From Dehalococcoidia bacterium (lineage in GTDB: Bacteria > Chloroflexota > Dehalococcoidia > UBA2979), in assembly GCA_965262725.1 (NCBI GenBank), contig OZ253555.1, forward strand, positions 1,280,001 to 1,344,000: a DNA stretch of 64,000 nt, read 5' to 3'. Below, piece by piece: positions 52,744 to 62,414 of the stretch. The notes beneath the pieces were generated by a model. That model saw only the letters and a list, made by a program, of their open reading frames with translations. It was not told the DNA's origin and ran no database searches. The first letter of the stretch is position 1; every line of letters begins with the position of its first letter. The translations under genes and the position numbers were made by a program.

Positions 52744-53598
52744 CTAGAGGCCGGCCTCCTCGTGCAGGAATCTCTTCACCTCGGCGGACCAGAGGGGAAG
52801 GTCGAGGCTCCAGCTGAACTGGTTCGGCGCCGGTGGGCGGATGCCCCTCGCGTGCCTCAGGGTCGTCAAGAAGCGCTCGTGCGAGCGCCCGAGGTTCGAT
52901 TGCGCGCCGTGAATCACCAGCGTCGGAGCCTGAATACGTTCGGCCGCGCTCCACCCGTCGTAGTGGCAGATGGCCCACGGAGCGGCACCGTGCCACCCCA
53001 TCCCCTCGTAGACGGCCGGCTGCTCACCTTGATTCGCCTTGATCTCGTCGATGACGGACTGCCGCATCTCGTCGGCCGTGCGCGCCACGCCCTCCCTGAC
53101 CGCATGGACGGATTGCCAGATCTCGGCGAGGTGGCTTCCGTCCGAGTTCTCTCCTTCGCCGGTATGCACCGTCTTCATCGCTTGGAGTCGGGCGGGCGTG
53201 TTCCAGTTGAACGGCTCCTCAAGGATGGCCGCGCTGACACGGTCCGGCCAGTCCGCAGCCACGCAGGCCGCGATCATCGCGCCCGTGTGCGTGCCGAAGA
53301 CGGCGGCCTTCTCGATGCCGAGGTCGTCGAGCACCCAGATCGCGGCTCGGGCGAATTCCTCCGTACTCGTGTAGGGCTCGGACGGACGATCGGAGTCGCC
53401 ATAGCCCATCGTCGACGGCGCGATGCACCGGAACTCGTCCTGCAGGTAGGGAAAGGACCTCGACATCTTGGCGGAGGACTCGGGTGTTCCGTGGATCATG
53501 ATGATCGCAGGGCCCTCACCCGCCTCCCGGTAGTCAATGTTTCCGTGTGGGCTGTGAACGAAGCCACGCCGCACGTAGTCGATGCTGGTCTCTGTCAC
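52744..53598 (-). CDS. Alpha/beta fold hydrolase with atypical G-T-H-T-G elbow
   Basis: YREAGEGPAIIMIHG, GYGDSD, VFGTHTGA, IQAPTLVIHG. Confidence 0.85.
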   Translation of the reverse strand: MTETSIDYVRRGFVHSPHGNIDYREAGEGPAIIMIHGTPESSAKMSRSFPYLQDEFRCIAPSTMGYGDSDRPSEPYTSTEEFARAAIWVLDDLGIEKAAVFGTHTGAMIAACVAADWPDRVSAAILEEPFNWNTPARLQAMKTVHTGEGENSDGSHLAEIWQSVHAVREGVARTADEMRQSVIDEIKANQGEQPAVYEGMGWHGAAPWAICHYDGWSAAERIQAPTLVIHGAQSNLGRSHERFLTTLRHARGIRPPAPNQFSWSLDLPLWSAEVKRFLHEEAGL

Positions 53599-53649
53599 CG
53601 GCCTCTCCTTCTCTCCGCCGGGCGCTCTGAGCCGGCCTCTCGCACGATG

Positions 53650-54096
53650 CTACCGCGTCGAGCTGCCCCGTCGCGCTCTTCCCCGCTTCGTGTTGTCCCA
53701 CGAGCGTATCCTGCGGGCGTTGATGCGCGCCCAGATGAGGCCAGGGGCCGGCTTTGCGGGGAGCTCCTCCCCAGTCGCGCCCCGCATGCTGCTGGCGACC
53801 TGAGCCAGGCGCAGGACCTCCGCGGGGTCCTCGACGAGTTCCGCGTCACCCTGGATCAGCAGGCCGCGGAGCTCGTTTATTTCCGCCCCGCTCTCGAGCA
53901 GCAGGGCGACCTCCGGGTGGCACCGGATATTCTCCAGACGCGACCCCCGGGCGTTGACGAAGAGGTCGTCGCCGTCGCGGTAGTAGGTAGGCGGCACCGC
54001 GTGTGGGTAGCCGTCGGGACCAACGGTCGTGAAGATGGCCCAGCGGGGACCCGCGTCGATGAAGGCATAGGCTTCATCGCGCGTCATCGTGGCCAT
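53650..54096 (-). CDS. Pyridoxamine 5'-phosphate oxidase-like (possibly F420-dependent) protein
   Basis: MTRDEAYAFI, TVGPDGYPHAVP, NIRCHPEVALL, RIRSWD. Confidence 0.85.
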   Translation of the reverse strand: MATMTRDEAYAFIDAGPRWAIFTTVGPDGYPHAVPPTYYRDGDDLFVNARGSRLENIRCHPEVALLLESGAEINELRGLLIQGDAELVEDPAEVLRLAQVASSMRGATGEELPAKPAPGLIWARINARRIRSWDNTKRGRARRGSSTR

Positions 54097-54574
54097 CGAG
54101 TGCACCCTTACTCTCGGGGTTGCTTCCTGCGGAGGGTACACGCTCGGCAGAAGATGCCGGTACGAGCCTCCGCGCTGCGGTGAGGTCGAGCCGTGCCCGG
54201 GCCTCGACGCTGCCCATCCCTTCCACGGCGACGAGCTTCCGGCGGCTCCGCGCTCCCGCGGCGACACGGAGCGAGGAGACCGGCACGTCGAATGCTCGCG
54301 CGAGCACTCGCAGCAGCGCGGTGTTCGCGCGATCCTGAAGGGGCGGCGCCGTGACTCGGACCGCGAGCGTGGCGCCGCCTCCCGTGCCGGCGTCGGCCGT
54401 GAACCCCTCGATCAGGTCATGGCGCGCTCGCGGCGTGAGGCGCACCGCGAACGTGCCGCTCGGTTCCGCGCAGCCTGCGCGGTCGTCACGCAGTCGCTCG
54501 CGCCCCGCTGGTCGCGCTGGCTCGGGGTGCTTCCGATGCGGCTCACCGCGGCGCGCCCGCCGGTGAGGCGACAC
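54074..54574 (-). CDS. DUF167/YggU (UPF0235) family protein; start uncertain
   Basis: VRLTPRA, VRVTAPP..DRANTAL...LA, GARSRRKLV within ORF 54074..54943. Confidence 0.7.
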   Translation of the reverse strand: MSPHRRARRGEPHRKHPEPARPAGRERLRDDRAGCAEPSGTFAVRLTPRARHDLIEGFTADAGTGGGATLAVRVTAPPLQDRANTALLRVLARAFDVPVSSLRVAAGARSRRKLVAVEGMGSVEARARLDLTAARRLVPASSAERVPSAGSNPESKGALDGHDDAR

Positions 54575-56186
54575 CCGCCCCCTCGAAGAAGAAGGCATGC
54601 ACGCCACGGAAGCGGCTCGCCGGTCGGAAGAGCAGCCCCGTATCGACTCCCCGGAGCGAGGCCGGGACGAGGTACGTACGCGCGGGGTACAGCAGGACCA
54701 CGCTGGCCGCCCGCTCCACGAACCGCTCCGTGAACGCGGCGTAGAGGGCGCGCCGCTCCGTGACGTCGAGGGTTCGTCGGGCGGCCTCCAGCATCCGGTC
54801 GGATTCGGGGTCTTGGTAGGAGGCGACGTTGCGCCCCGGCGGCGGAATCTGCGACGTGTGCCAGCCGCTATAGGGATCCGGGTCGACACCGGCCTCCCAG
54901 CCGAAGAGCGCGACGTCGTAGTCGTGGAGGCCGAGGCGGGCACCGACGAGCTCGACGGCCGGTAGCGGTTCCACGGTCACCACCAGCCCCTTCGCGCGCA
55001 GCTGCTCCGCGAGGAGTTCGGCGAGGGCTACCCGGTCCGGCTCCGCGTTCGTGACCAGCGAGAGCGCTAGGACACGGTCGCCCGCAGCGAGCTCGCCCTC
55101 GTCATTTGGGAGCCACCCCGCCTTGGCGAAGCGCTCGACCGCCTGGGCGGGGCCCGGCGCGGATACCGGTGAGTGCGCCCACGAGAGGGGGACGATCGGC
55201 GCCGCCCCCGTCGTCCCGCCGGGATCGACCGCGAGCAGGGCCTCGCGGTCGATCGACGCGGCGATGGCGCCGCGCGTGCCCGCATCGTCCAGGGGAGGAC
55301 GCGCGTTGTTGAAGTAGAGCACAGTGAAGCCGTTCCGCAGCAGGTCGACGGCTCGCAAGTCCGGGCGCCGTTCGAGAACGGCAGCCGCCTGGAGGTGGCG
55401 TCCCTCCTCCATCAACGCGGCGTCAATCTCGCCGAGGGCGAGAGCCTCCTCGAGCCCGGCCGCGTGCGGGAAGAAGCGCAGTTCGATTTCGTCGATCGTC
55501 GGTGAGCCGAGATGGTAGCTGGGGTTGCGTTCGAGGAGGGCGCGCTCCGGGGAGAGCTCCACCAGCCGGTAGGGGCCGCTTCCCACCGGCGCCCGGTGGA
55601 AGGGTGACTCCAGGAGATCGAGGACGGAGAGGCCCGAGAGGAGGTGTTCGGGCAGCACCCCGAGCTCGGTCTGCGCGAGGAAGTCGGCGCGCGCCTCCGG
55701 CAGCCGGAAGATCACCGTGAGTCCGTCCGGCGTCTGCACCTCGACGCCTGCCCACCGCAGAGCGAGCGTCACCGCACCCTGGAAGCCCGACTGCTGGACG
55801 CGGCTGACGGTGAAGGCCACGTCGGAGGACTCGACGCGGTGTCCGTCGTGCCAGTAGAGGTCGTCACGCAAGCGGAAGCTGTACGTGCGACCGTCCGGCG
55901 TCACCTCCCAGGCCTCGGCCAAATCGGGGCGCGGTGTGCCGTCGCCCGCGATCCGCACGAGCCCGGAGAAGAGGAGAGACGCGAGATCCGCGTCCGGCGC
56001 GTGTCCGCGGGCGAACAACGGGCTCGGGCGCCGCGGAGCACCCACCACCCCCTCGACATAACGGATGCGCAAAGAGCGCTCCGGTGCGTCCGTCAGGCCG
56101 TACCACCCGACGACGAGAGCGGCGATCCCGCCGGCGAGCATCGCCGGCAGCAGCAGCCGGGAACGCCTCAGGTCGAGGAACGTCAC
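54543..56186 (-). CDS. Peptide ABC transporter substrate-binding protein (family 5)
   Basis: LFSGLV, PDLAEAWEV, YWHDG, PVGSGPY, DPDPY..WH; N-terminal TM helix. Confidence 0.88.
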   Translation of the reverse strand: MTFLDLRRSRLLLPAMLAGGIAALVVGWYGLTDAPERSLRIRYVEGVVGAPRRPSPLFARGHAPDADLASLLFSGLVRIAGDGTPRPDLAEAWEVTPDGRTYSFRLRDDLYWHDGHRVESSDVAFTVSRVQQSGFQGAVTLALRWAGVEVQTPDGLTVIFRLPEARADFLAQTELGVLPEHLLSGLSVLDLLESPFHRAPVGSGPYRLVELSPERALLERNPSYHLGSPTIDEIELRFFPHAAGLEEALALGEIDAALMEEGRHLQAAAVLERRPDLRAVDLLRNGFTVLYFNNARPPLDDAGTRGAIAASIDREALLAVDPGGTTGAAPIVPLSWAHSPVSAPGPAQAVERFAKAGWLPNDEGELAAGDRVLALSLVTNAEPDRVALAELLAEQLRAKGLVVTVEPLPAVELVGARLGLHDYDVALFGWEAGVDPDPYSGWHTSQIPPPGRNVASYQDPESDRMLEAARRTLDVTERRALYAAFTERFVERAASVVLLYPARTYLVPASLRGVDTGLLFRPASRFRGVHAFFFEGAGVASPAGAPR

Positions 56187-56205
56187 CGGCGCTGCTCCCC
56201 GGCGG

Positions 56206-56430
56206 CTACGACGCGACGACGCTCCATGCGGAGAAGGCGAGGAAGACCACGACGACTGCGATCGTCAGGCGATGCATTGAGCGCTGCAGACCGCGCCGGG
56301 CGCGGAAACCCGAGTCGACGCCCCCGAGCCCGGCCCCGAAGCCGGTGCCCCGCACCTGCATCAGCACCAGCACCGTGAGCAGCACCGAGATGAGGATCTG
56401 GGCGATGGCGATAAAGTCCCGTAGCTCCAT
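56206..56430 (-). CDS. secG: Preprotein translocase subunit SecG
   Basis: VLMQVRGTGFGAGLGG...RRG.. with two TM helices. Confidence 0.9.
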   Translation of the reverse strand: MELRDFIAIAQILISVLLTVLVLMQVRGTGFGAGLGGVDSGFRARRGLQRSMHRLTIAVVVVFLAFSAWSVVAS

Positions 56431-56441
56431 GGCTATCGAGG

Positions 56442-57776
56442 CTACGCCGGGGCATCGGGGCCGGCAACCTTCGCCACGACGCGGGCCTCCCGTCTGAGAT
56501 CGCGCTCCATGTAGCTGCGCATGACGGCGGCGGCGAGGCGCTCCGCGTCGTGGCGGTAGCGGTGCTCGTAGTCCACCAGATCGGCGAGCTCGAGGCGCGC
56601 TGTGCCGAAGTCGGTGTCGCCGCTCACCGTCACCGCCTTCGAGTGCCAGTTATTCGGGAGCGGCTGCCCGGGGAGGTTGTTGTTCGCGAGCACGACATCG
56701 GCCACCGCGTCCCGGTCGAGGTGGCGGCGTATCGCGTTGTAGTGGTCGGCGGCGGAGAAGCCATCGGTCTCGCCGTTCTGTGTCGCAACGTTCGCGACGT
56801 AGATGGTGTGGGCGGGGGAGTCCAGCAGCGCGTCACGGATCCCCGGGACGAGCAGGTTCGGCAGCACGGACGTGAAGAGGCTCCCCGGCCCCAGAACGAC
56901 TAAGTCCGCCCCCGCCAGCGCCTCCGTCGCCTCGGGGTAGGCCGGGGCGTCGGCCGGCACGATCTCGACGCGATCGACGGCGATCCCGGTCTCGGGTATG
57001 CGGGACTCTCCTTCGACGACGCTCCCGTCAGAGAGGTGGGCGCGCAGCCGGACGTCGGCCAGCGTCGACGGCAGGATGCGCCCGCGCACTGCGAGCACGC
57101 GCGACGTCTCGCGGATAGCCTCCTCCATCGACCCGGTCACGCCGGACATCGCAGCGATGAAGAGGTTGCCGAAGGAGTGCCCCGCGATGCGCTCCCCCGC
57201 ATCCTCGGCGAAGCGGTACTGGAAGAGGTCGGTGACGAGCGGCTCCGCGTCGGCGAGCGCCACGATGCAGGCGCGGATGTCACCGGGCGGGATGACGCCG
57301 AGATCCTCCCTGAGCAGTCCGCTCGATCCGCCGTCGTCGGCGACCGTGACGATCGCAGTGAGGTTCGCCGGATAGGGCTTCAGACCGCGCAGCAGCTGCG
57401 AGAGCCCCGTCCCGCCGCCGATCGCGACGATACGGGGGCCGCGTCCGCGCGTACGCTGCTGATAGATGCGCTCGACCACGCCTCCCTGCCGGTCGGGGGG
57501 GAGCGCGGCCGCCACGATCGAGCGGTTGAGCTCCCAGCCTCCGAACACGGTGAGTCCCGAGGCGAGCGTGATGAAGAGCAGGCCGCGCGCCCAGCGCGGG
57601 ATGTCTTGCAGCGTGATGGTGGCGACCCACGACGGGAACGCGTAAGAGACGTACACCTCACGGAGCAGGTAGGCGATGCCGAGCCCCATCAGCACGACGC
57701 CGAGGAGCATGATCAGAAGCCAGCGCTTGACGTGCAGGCCGACGTAGAGCCACTTCGCGAGATGGGACCGGCTCAC
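56442..57776 (-). CDS. yvcK: YvcK/UPF0052 (gluconeogenesis factor/GlmR-like) protein with N-terminal TM helices
   Basis: IGGGTGLS, VTVADDGGSSG, PPGDIR, GHSFGNL, GPGSLFTS, RHD. Confidence 0.9.
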   Translation of the reverse strand: MSRSHLAKWLYVGLHVKRWLLIMLLGVVLMGLGIAYLLREVYVSYAFPSWVATITLQDIPRWARGLLFITLASGLTVFGGWELNRSIVAAALPPDRQGGVVERIYQQRTRGRGPRIVAIGGGTGLSQLLRGLKPYPANLTAIVTVADDGGSSGLLREDLGVIPPGDIRACIVALADAEPLVTDLFQYRFAEDAGERIAGHSFGNLFIAAMSGVTGSMEEAIRETSRVLAVRGRILPSTLADVRLRAHLSDGSVVEGESRIPETGIAVDRVEIVPADAPAYPEATEALAGADLVVLGPGSLFTSVLPNLLVPGIRDALLDSPAHTIYVANVATQNGETDGFSAADHYNAIRRHLDRDAVADVVLANNNLPGQPLPNNWHSKAVTVSGDTDFGTARLELADLVDYEHRYRHDAERLAAAVMRSYMERDLRREARVVAKVAGPDAPA

Positions 57777-57886
57777 ACGGGGCCCCCGTCACTCTCCCCC
57801 GGCTTGATTAGCTCGCGCGACCCGCACCGTCAAACGTGCCGCGCCGTCGGGCGGGCGCGCCGGGACGGCCCGCCGCCGACCACAGG

Positions 57887-59404
57887 CTATCCGTCGAGGT
57901 GGCGGCGCAGTACCTCGGCGGCGTTCTGCGGATCGGCTCGACCCCGTGTCTGGCGCATCAGCTGCCCGACGAGGAAGCCGATCGCAGTCTCCTTGCCCCC
58001 GAGGTAGTCGTCCACGGCCTTTGGCTGGGACTGAATGACGTCGCGCGCGAGCCGATCGATCTCATCTTCATCACGGACCTGGGCGAGCCCGTGGGCCTGC
58101 ACGATCGATTGGGGCAACTCCCCGCTCTCGAAGGCGATATCGAGCACCTGCTTCGCCGTGGCGGAGGTGATCGTTCCCTCGGCCACGAGCCCCGCGAGCT
58201 CCGCGACGTGGCCCGGCGTGAGCTCCGTGTCGCGGAGCTCGGCGTCGGAGGCGAGCGTGTTCAGGAGCCGCGCGACGTCGCCCGTGAACCAGTGCGCGAC
58301 CGTTCGCGCATAGTCGTCGCGGTCGCCGATTCCGGTCAGGCCGGAGGCAAGGTGGACGGTGCGCTCGTAGTCATCGGCGCGTTCCCGGCTCTCCGTGAGG
58401 GTTCGTGCCTCATCGGGGGTCAGGCCGTACTCCTGCTCGAAGCGGAGGCGACGCTGCGCCGGGAGTTCGGCGAGCCCGGCGCGGAGCGCGCGGATCCGCT
58501 CCTCGTCGAGCACGAGCGGCGGCAGGTCGGGCTCGGGGAAGTAGCGGTAGTCGTGCGCCTCCTCCTTCGAGCGCTGCGGGGCGGTCTCCCCGCTGGCCTC
58601 GAGGTAGCCCCGTGTCTCCTGGACGATGCGCTCCCCAGCCTCGAGCGCCGCGCCCTGGCGACGGATCTCGCTCTCGATCGCGCGCCCGACGGCACGGAAC
58701 GAGTTCATGTTCTTCACCTCGACCTTGGTGCCGAGTTCGCTCTCTCCCGACGGCCGCAGCGAGACGTTGGCGTCACAGCGGAAGGAGCCTTTCTCCATGT
58801 CCGCGTCGGAGGCGCCGATGTAGCGCAGGACCTGACGTAACGCTCGAAGGAAGGCGACGGCCTGCTGCGCCGAGTGCATGTCGGGCTTGGTGACGATCTC
58901 CATCAACGGGACGCCGGCACGGTTCACGTCGAGCAGCGAGCGGGCCCCGTGCTCATCGTCGCGGTGCAGCAACCGGGCGGTGTCTTCCTCGAGATGGATA
59001 CGCTCGAGGTGCACTGTGTGCGCCGCGCCATCGACGTCGATGTCGAGTGCGCCGCCCACGCACAACGGCTCGTCGTACTGCGAGATCTGGTAGCCCTTCA
59101 TCAGGTCGGGGTAGGGGTAGTTCTTGCGATCGAACTTCGCCCGGGGCGGGATCGTGCAGCCCAGGGCGAGACCGGTGAGGATGGTGAGCCCTACGGCGCG
59201 CCGGTTGATTACAGGGAGCACGCCCGGCATCCCGAGGCAGACCGGGCAGACGTGGCTGTTGGGCGCGGTGTCCCAGTAGTCCCGGGAGCAGCCGCAGAAC
59301 ATCTTCGAGCGGGTGGCGAGCTGGGCGTGGACCTCAAGCCCGATCACCGGCTCGTAAGCGGCACCGGGGACCGCGGGCCCGATCGTCGTCACGGGAACAG
59401 ACAC
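57887..59404 (-). CDS. gatB: Asp-tRNA(Asn)/Glu-tRNA(Gln) amidotransferase subunit B
   Basis: IGLEVHAQL, FDRKNY.YPDL.KGYQISQ, HLEEDT, FRCDANVS, DYRYFPEPDL. Start at 59404 or 59392. Confidence 0.96.
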   Translation of the reverse strand: MSVPVTTIGPAVPGAAYEPVIGLEVHAQLATRSKMFCGCSRDYWDTAPNSHVCPVCLGMPGVLPVINRRAVGLTILTGLALGCTIPPRAKFDRKNYPYPDLMKGYQISQYDEPLCVGGALDIDVDGAAHTVHLERIHLEEDTARLLHRDDEHGARSLLDVNRAGVPLMEIVTKPDMHSAQQAVAFLRALRQVLRYIGASDADMEKGSFRCDANVSLRPSGESELGTKVEVKNMNSFRAVGRAIESEIRRQGAALEAGERIVQETRGYLEASGETAPQRSKEEAHDYRYFPEPDLPPLVLDEERIRALRAGLAELPAQRRLRFEQEYGLTPDEARTLTESRERADDYERTVHLASGLTGIGDRDDYARTVAHWFTGDVARLLNTLASDAELRDTELTPGHVAELAGLVAEGTITSATAKQVLDIAFESGELPQSIVQAHGLAQVRDEDEIDRLARDVIQSQPKAVDDYLGGKETAIGFLVGQLMRQTRGRADPQNAAEVLRRHLDG

Positions 59405-59487
59405 TCCACACCGCAGCGCCCGCCGGACGCCGCCGACAAGGCCCTGCGTCGCTCGGGCGGCTGGCAGATCGCCGCCCCCGCCCGCCC

Positions 59488-59646
59488 CTAGCCCTCGCCG
59501 CCGGCGTACTTCTCCGGATTGCCGATAAAGCGGTTGCGGCAGCCCATGTCGTCGAAGTAGATCCACGAGCCCTCGTGGTTCCACTTCTTCTCGAGCTCGG
59601 GGGTGATCGTCTTCCCGCAGACTGGGCAGGTGCGCGCTTCCGTCAT
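59488..59646 (-). CDS. Small YHS/TRASH-like metal-binding protein (52 aa)
   Basis: Manual translation: MTEARTCPVCGKTITPELEKKWNHEGSWIYFDDMGCRNRFIGNPEKYAGGEG*. RBS GGAGGG. Below the ORF-track size cutoff. Confidence 0.82.
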   Translation of the reverse strand: MTEARTCPVCGKTITPELEKKWNHEGSWIYFDDMGCRNRFIGNPEKYAGGEG

Positions 59647-59789
59647 AATCTACCCTCCATCGACGGGCCGGCCCCCGCCCTCAGCGGTACCGCGCCCCGG
59701 CTCTCTGCGTGTGACGTTACTACGCGGAGCGGGGCCCCCGCGACTGCCCCGCATCTCACAGGTGCGGCCGGTCGGCCTACACTCGACAT

Positions 59790-61124
59790 ATGACATCCCG
59801 ACGAGAAGGACCGCGCGGCGTTCCGCCGGGGGTGCAGCCGGCGCTCTTTGAGCAGCACGCCCGCGCGTGGGCGGCCCGCGGCGCGCCTCTGGCCGCGCGG
59901 ATGCGGCCTAGAGTCTTCGATGAGTTCGTCGGACAGGAGGCGGTGGTCGGCCCGGGGACGCCGCTTCGGATCATGATCGAGCGCGACGAGGTGTTCTCGC
60001 TGATCCTCTGGGGACCGCCCGGCTCGGGCAAGACGACACTCGCAGCGGTGATGGCGCACCACACGAGCCGCCACTTCGCCGACATCTCGGCGGTCAGCTC
60101 CGGCGTCGCGGATGTGCGCACGGTCGTGGCCGAGGCGCGGGAGCGGCTGCGCATCTCCGGGGTGGGCACGATCCTTTTCATCGACGAGATCCATCGCTTC
60201 AACCGCGCGCAGCAGGACGTGGTGCTGCCACACGTCGAGGACGGGACGGTGGCCCTCGTGGGCGCCACCACGGAGAACCCGTCGTTTCACGTCGTGGCGC
60301 CGCTGCTCTCGCGCGCCCGCGTCTTCCGGCTCGAGCTGCTCGGGTCCTCCGAACTCGAGAGCATTCTCCGGCGCGCGCTCGCCGATGAGGAGCGTGGCCT
60401 AGGGCGGCTCGATGTCGTGATCGACGAGACGACGGTCGACGCCATCGTCGAAATCGCGGGCGGCGACGCCCGCGCGGCTCTAAACGTGCTCGACCTCGCG
60501 GTGGCCGCGGCGGCGGGGGAAGATGGGCGCCGGCTGGTGACGCGGGCTCTGGTGGAGTCCGCGGCGCAACACCGTACGCTGCTCTACGACCGCGCCGGCG
60601 ATGCCCACTACGACACGGTCTCCGCCTTCATTAAGACCGTCCGCGGCTCCGATCCGGATGGGGCGCTCTACTGGCTCGCGCGGATGTTGGAGGCGGGCGA
60701 GGATCCGCTCTTCGTGGTGAGGCGTCTCGTGATCCTCGCAGCAGAGGACGTCGGGCTTGCCGATCCGCGGGCACTGTCGCTCGCGGTTGCCTGCCAGCAG
60801 GCTGTGCACTTCCTCGGGATGCCGGAGGCGGCGCTTCCGCTCGCCGAGGCGACCGTCTACCTGGCCCGCGCTCCGAAGTCGAACTCTGCCTACGCGGCGT
60901 ATCTGCGCGCGGTGGAGGATGCGCGTCGCACGCGTAACGAGGCGGTGCCGCTGCATCTGCGCAACGCCGTCACGGACCTGATGCGCGAGCTCGGCTACGG
61001 GCAGGGCTACCAGTACGCGCACGACTACGAGGGACACCGGCCGACCGATCAGACGCATCGCCCCCCGTCAGTCGAGGGCCGCGTCTACTACGAGCCGGGT
61101 CACCTGGGAGACGAGGCGCGATAG
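59790..61124 (+). CDS. rarA: Replication-associated recombination protein A (MgsA/RarA)
   Basis: PLAARMRP, WGPPGSGKTT, FIDEIHRFN, GATTENPSF, SAFIKTVRGSDPD, VPLHLRNA. Confidence 0.96.
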   Translation: MTSRREGPRGVPPGVQPALFEQHARAWAARGAPLAARMRPRVFDEFVGQEAVVGPGTPLRIMIERDEVFSLILWGPPGSGKTTLAAVMAHHTSRHFADISAVSSGVADVRTVVAEARERLRISGVGTILFIDEIHRFNRAQQDVVLPHVEDGTVALVGATTENPSFHVVAPLLSRARVFRLELLGSSELESILRRALADEERGLGRLDVVIDETTVDAIVEIAGGDARAALNVLDLAVAAAAGEDGRRLVTRALVESAAQHRTLLYDRAGDAHYDTVSAFIKTVRGSDPDGALYWLARMLEAGEDPLFVVRRLVILAAEDVGLADPRALSLAVACQQAVHFLGMPEAALPLAEATVYLARAPKSNSAYAAYLRAVEDARRTRNEAVPLHLRNAVTDLMRELGYGQGYQYAHDYEGHRPTDQTHRPPSVEGRVYYEPGHLGDEAR

Positions 61125-61235
61125 GGATGCCACAGGCCTCTCCGCGCCACGCGGGCCGTTGCCCGCGTGTTGCTATCATGCGCAGCGCCCGTCGGTCGCC
61201 CGCGGCCTGGGGGCGGGGCACGAGTGGGGAGTGAG

Positions 61236-62180
61236 ATGGGACTACGCGACCGCACGCCGCCGACCGTCGAGGAGTACCTCGCCGATCGTGAGCGCTTCAA
61301 GAACTGGGGCCGCTGGGGTGAGGACGACGAGCTCGGGACGCTGAACCTCATCACGGAAGAAGTGCGCCGCCATGCCGTCACGCTCGTGAGGGGCGGGCGC
61401 GCTGTCTCCTGCTCCTACCCGGTGGCGACCCGCCCCGGGCCGCGCAACCCGATGCCGGCGCAGCACTTCGTCTCTTTCGGCCCCGCGAACTCCGCCGACT
61501 ACATCGGGCTCTCGTTCCACGGCGTCGTGAACACGCACATCGACGCGCTCTGCCACAACTACACGGGCCCGGGCGGCGAGATGTACAACGGCTGGCCGAG
61601 CTCTCTCGTCACCTCGGCCGGGGCCGCCGCGAACTCCGTCGACCGCATGAGCGATGGCATCGTCACGCGCGGCGTGCTCTACGACATCCCGCGCCTGCGC
61701 GGCACCGACTACGTCTCGCTCGAGTCGCCTATCCACGGCTGGGATCTGGAGGACGCCGCTCGCGCGCAGGGCATCGAGCCGCGTGCCGGTGACGCCGTCC
61801 TGATCCGCGGGAGCATGGAGCGCTTCCTCTCGGCGCATCCGGAGCACGACAGAATGGGCGTTCCGATGCCGGGTGTTCACGCCTCTTGCCTGGAGTTCCT
61901 GCACGAGCACGACGCGGCCCTGCTCGGCTGGGACATGCTCGATGCCTCGGATCAGGGGTACCCGGGCACGATCCCGACGCCCGCCGGGACGCTTGCGAGC
62001 TGGCCCGTCCATTTCGTGGCGCTGCCCTACATGGGGATGCCGCTGCTCGACAACGCCTACCTAGAGCGACTAGCCGAGGCCTGCGCCGAGACGGGGCGCT
62101 ACGAGTTCCTCTTCCTCGCCTCCCCGCTGATCGTGCCGGGGGGAACCGGCTCGCCTGTCAATCCGATCGCCGTGCTCTAG
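61236..62180 (+). CDS. Cyclase family (kynurenine formamidase-like) metal-dependent hydrolase
   Basis: NWGRWGEDDELGTLN, THIDALCH, RGVLYDI, GGTGSPVNPIA. Confidence 0.88.
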   Translation: MGLRDRTPPTVEEYLADRERFKNWGRWGEDDELGTLNLITEEVRRHAVTLVRGGRAVSCSYPVATRPGPRNPMPAQHFVSFGPANSADYIGLSFHGVVNTHIDALCHNYTGPGGEMYNGWPSSLVTSAGAAANSVDRMSDGIVTRGVLYDIPRLRGTDYVSLESPIHGWDLEDAARAQGIEPRAGDAVLIRGSMERFLSAHPEHDRMGVPMPGVHASCLEFLHEHDAALLGWDMLDASDQGYPGTIPTPAGTLASWPVHFVALPYMGMPLLDNAYLERLAEACAETGRYEFLFLASPLIVPGGTGSPVNPIAVL

Positions 62181-62257
62181 CGCGTCGCTTCCATCCGGCA
62201 CGCCGTCGTCGTCTCGGTGCCGAGCCCGGAGCCGGGCAGGAGGTGCGCGTGGGCTCC

Positions 62258-62345
62258 TGGTGCCGGGGGTGGGATTCGAACCCACACGCCGCTGGTGCGG
62301 CCGCGGGGTTTAAGCCCGCTGCGTCTGCCGTTTCGCCACCCCGGC
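62258..62345 (-). tRNA. tRNA-Leu(TAA)
   Basis: Reverse complement GCCGGGG-TGGCGAAACGGCAGACGC, anticodon arm GCGGG-CTTAAAC-CCCGC, long variable arm, GTTCGAATC, ACCA end. TACAAT lies just upstream. Confidence 0.96.
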
Positions 62346-62414
62346 GCCGCACGATTGTAGGGGGGCGCCGCCTGCTCCGCGTCCGGCCCGCCCCGGCGCC
62401 CGGTGTGGCGGCTG

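Noticed and set aside
50884-62345. Prophage or genomic island bounded by the two tRNAs
   Set aside because: No integrase and no duplicated tRNA 3' end seen, and the interval contains core genes (secG, gatB, rarA).
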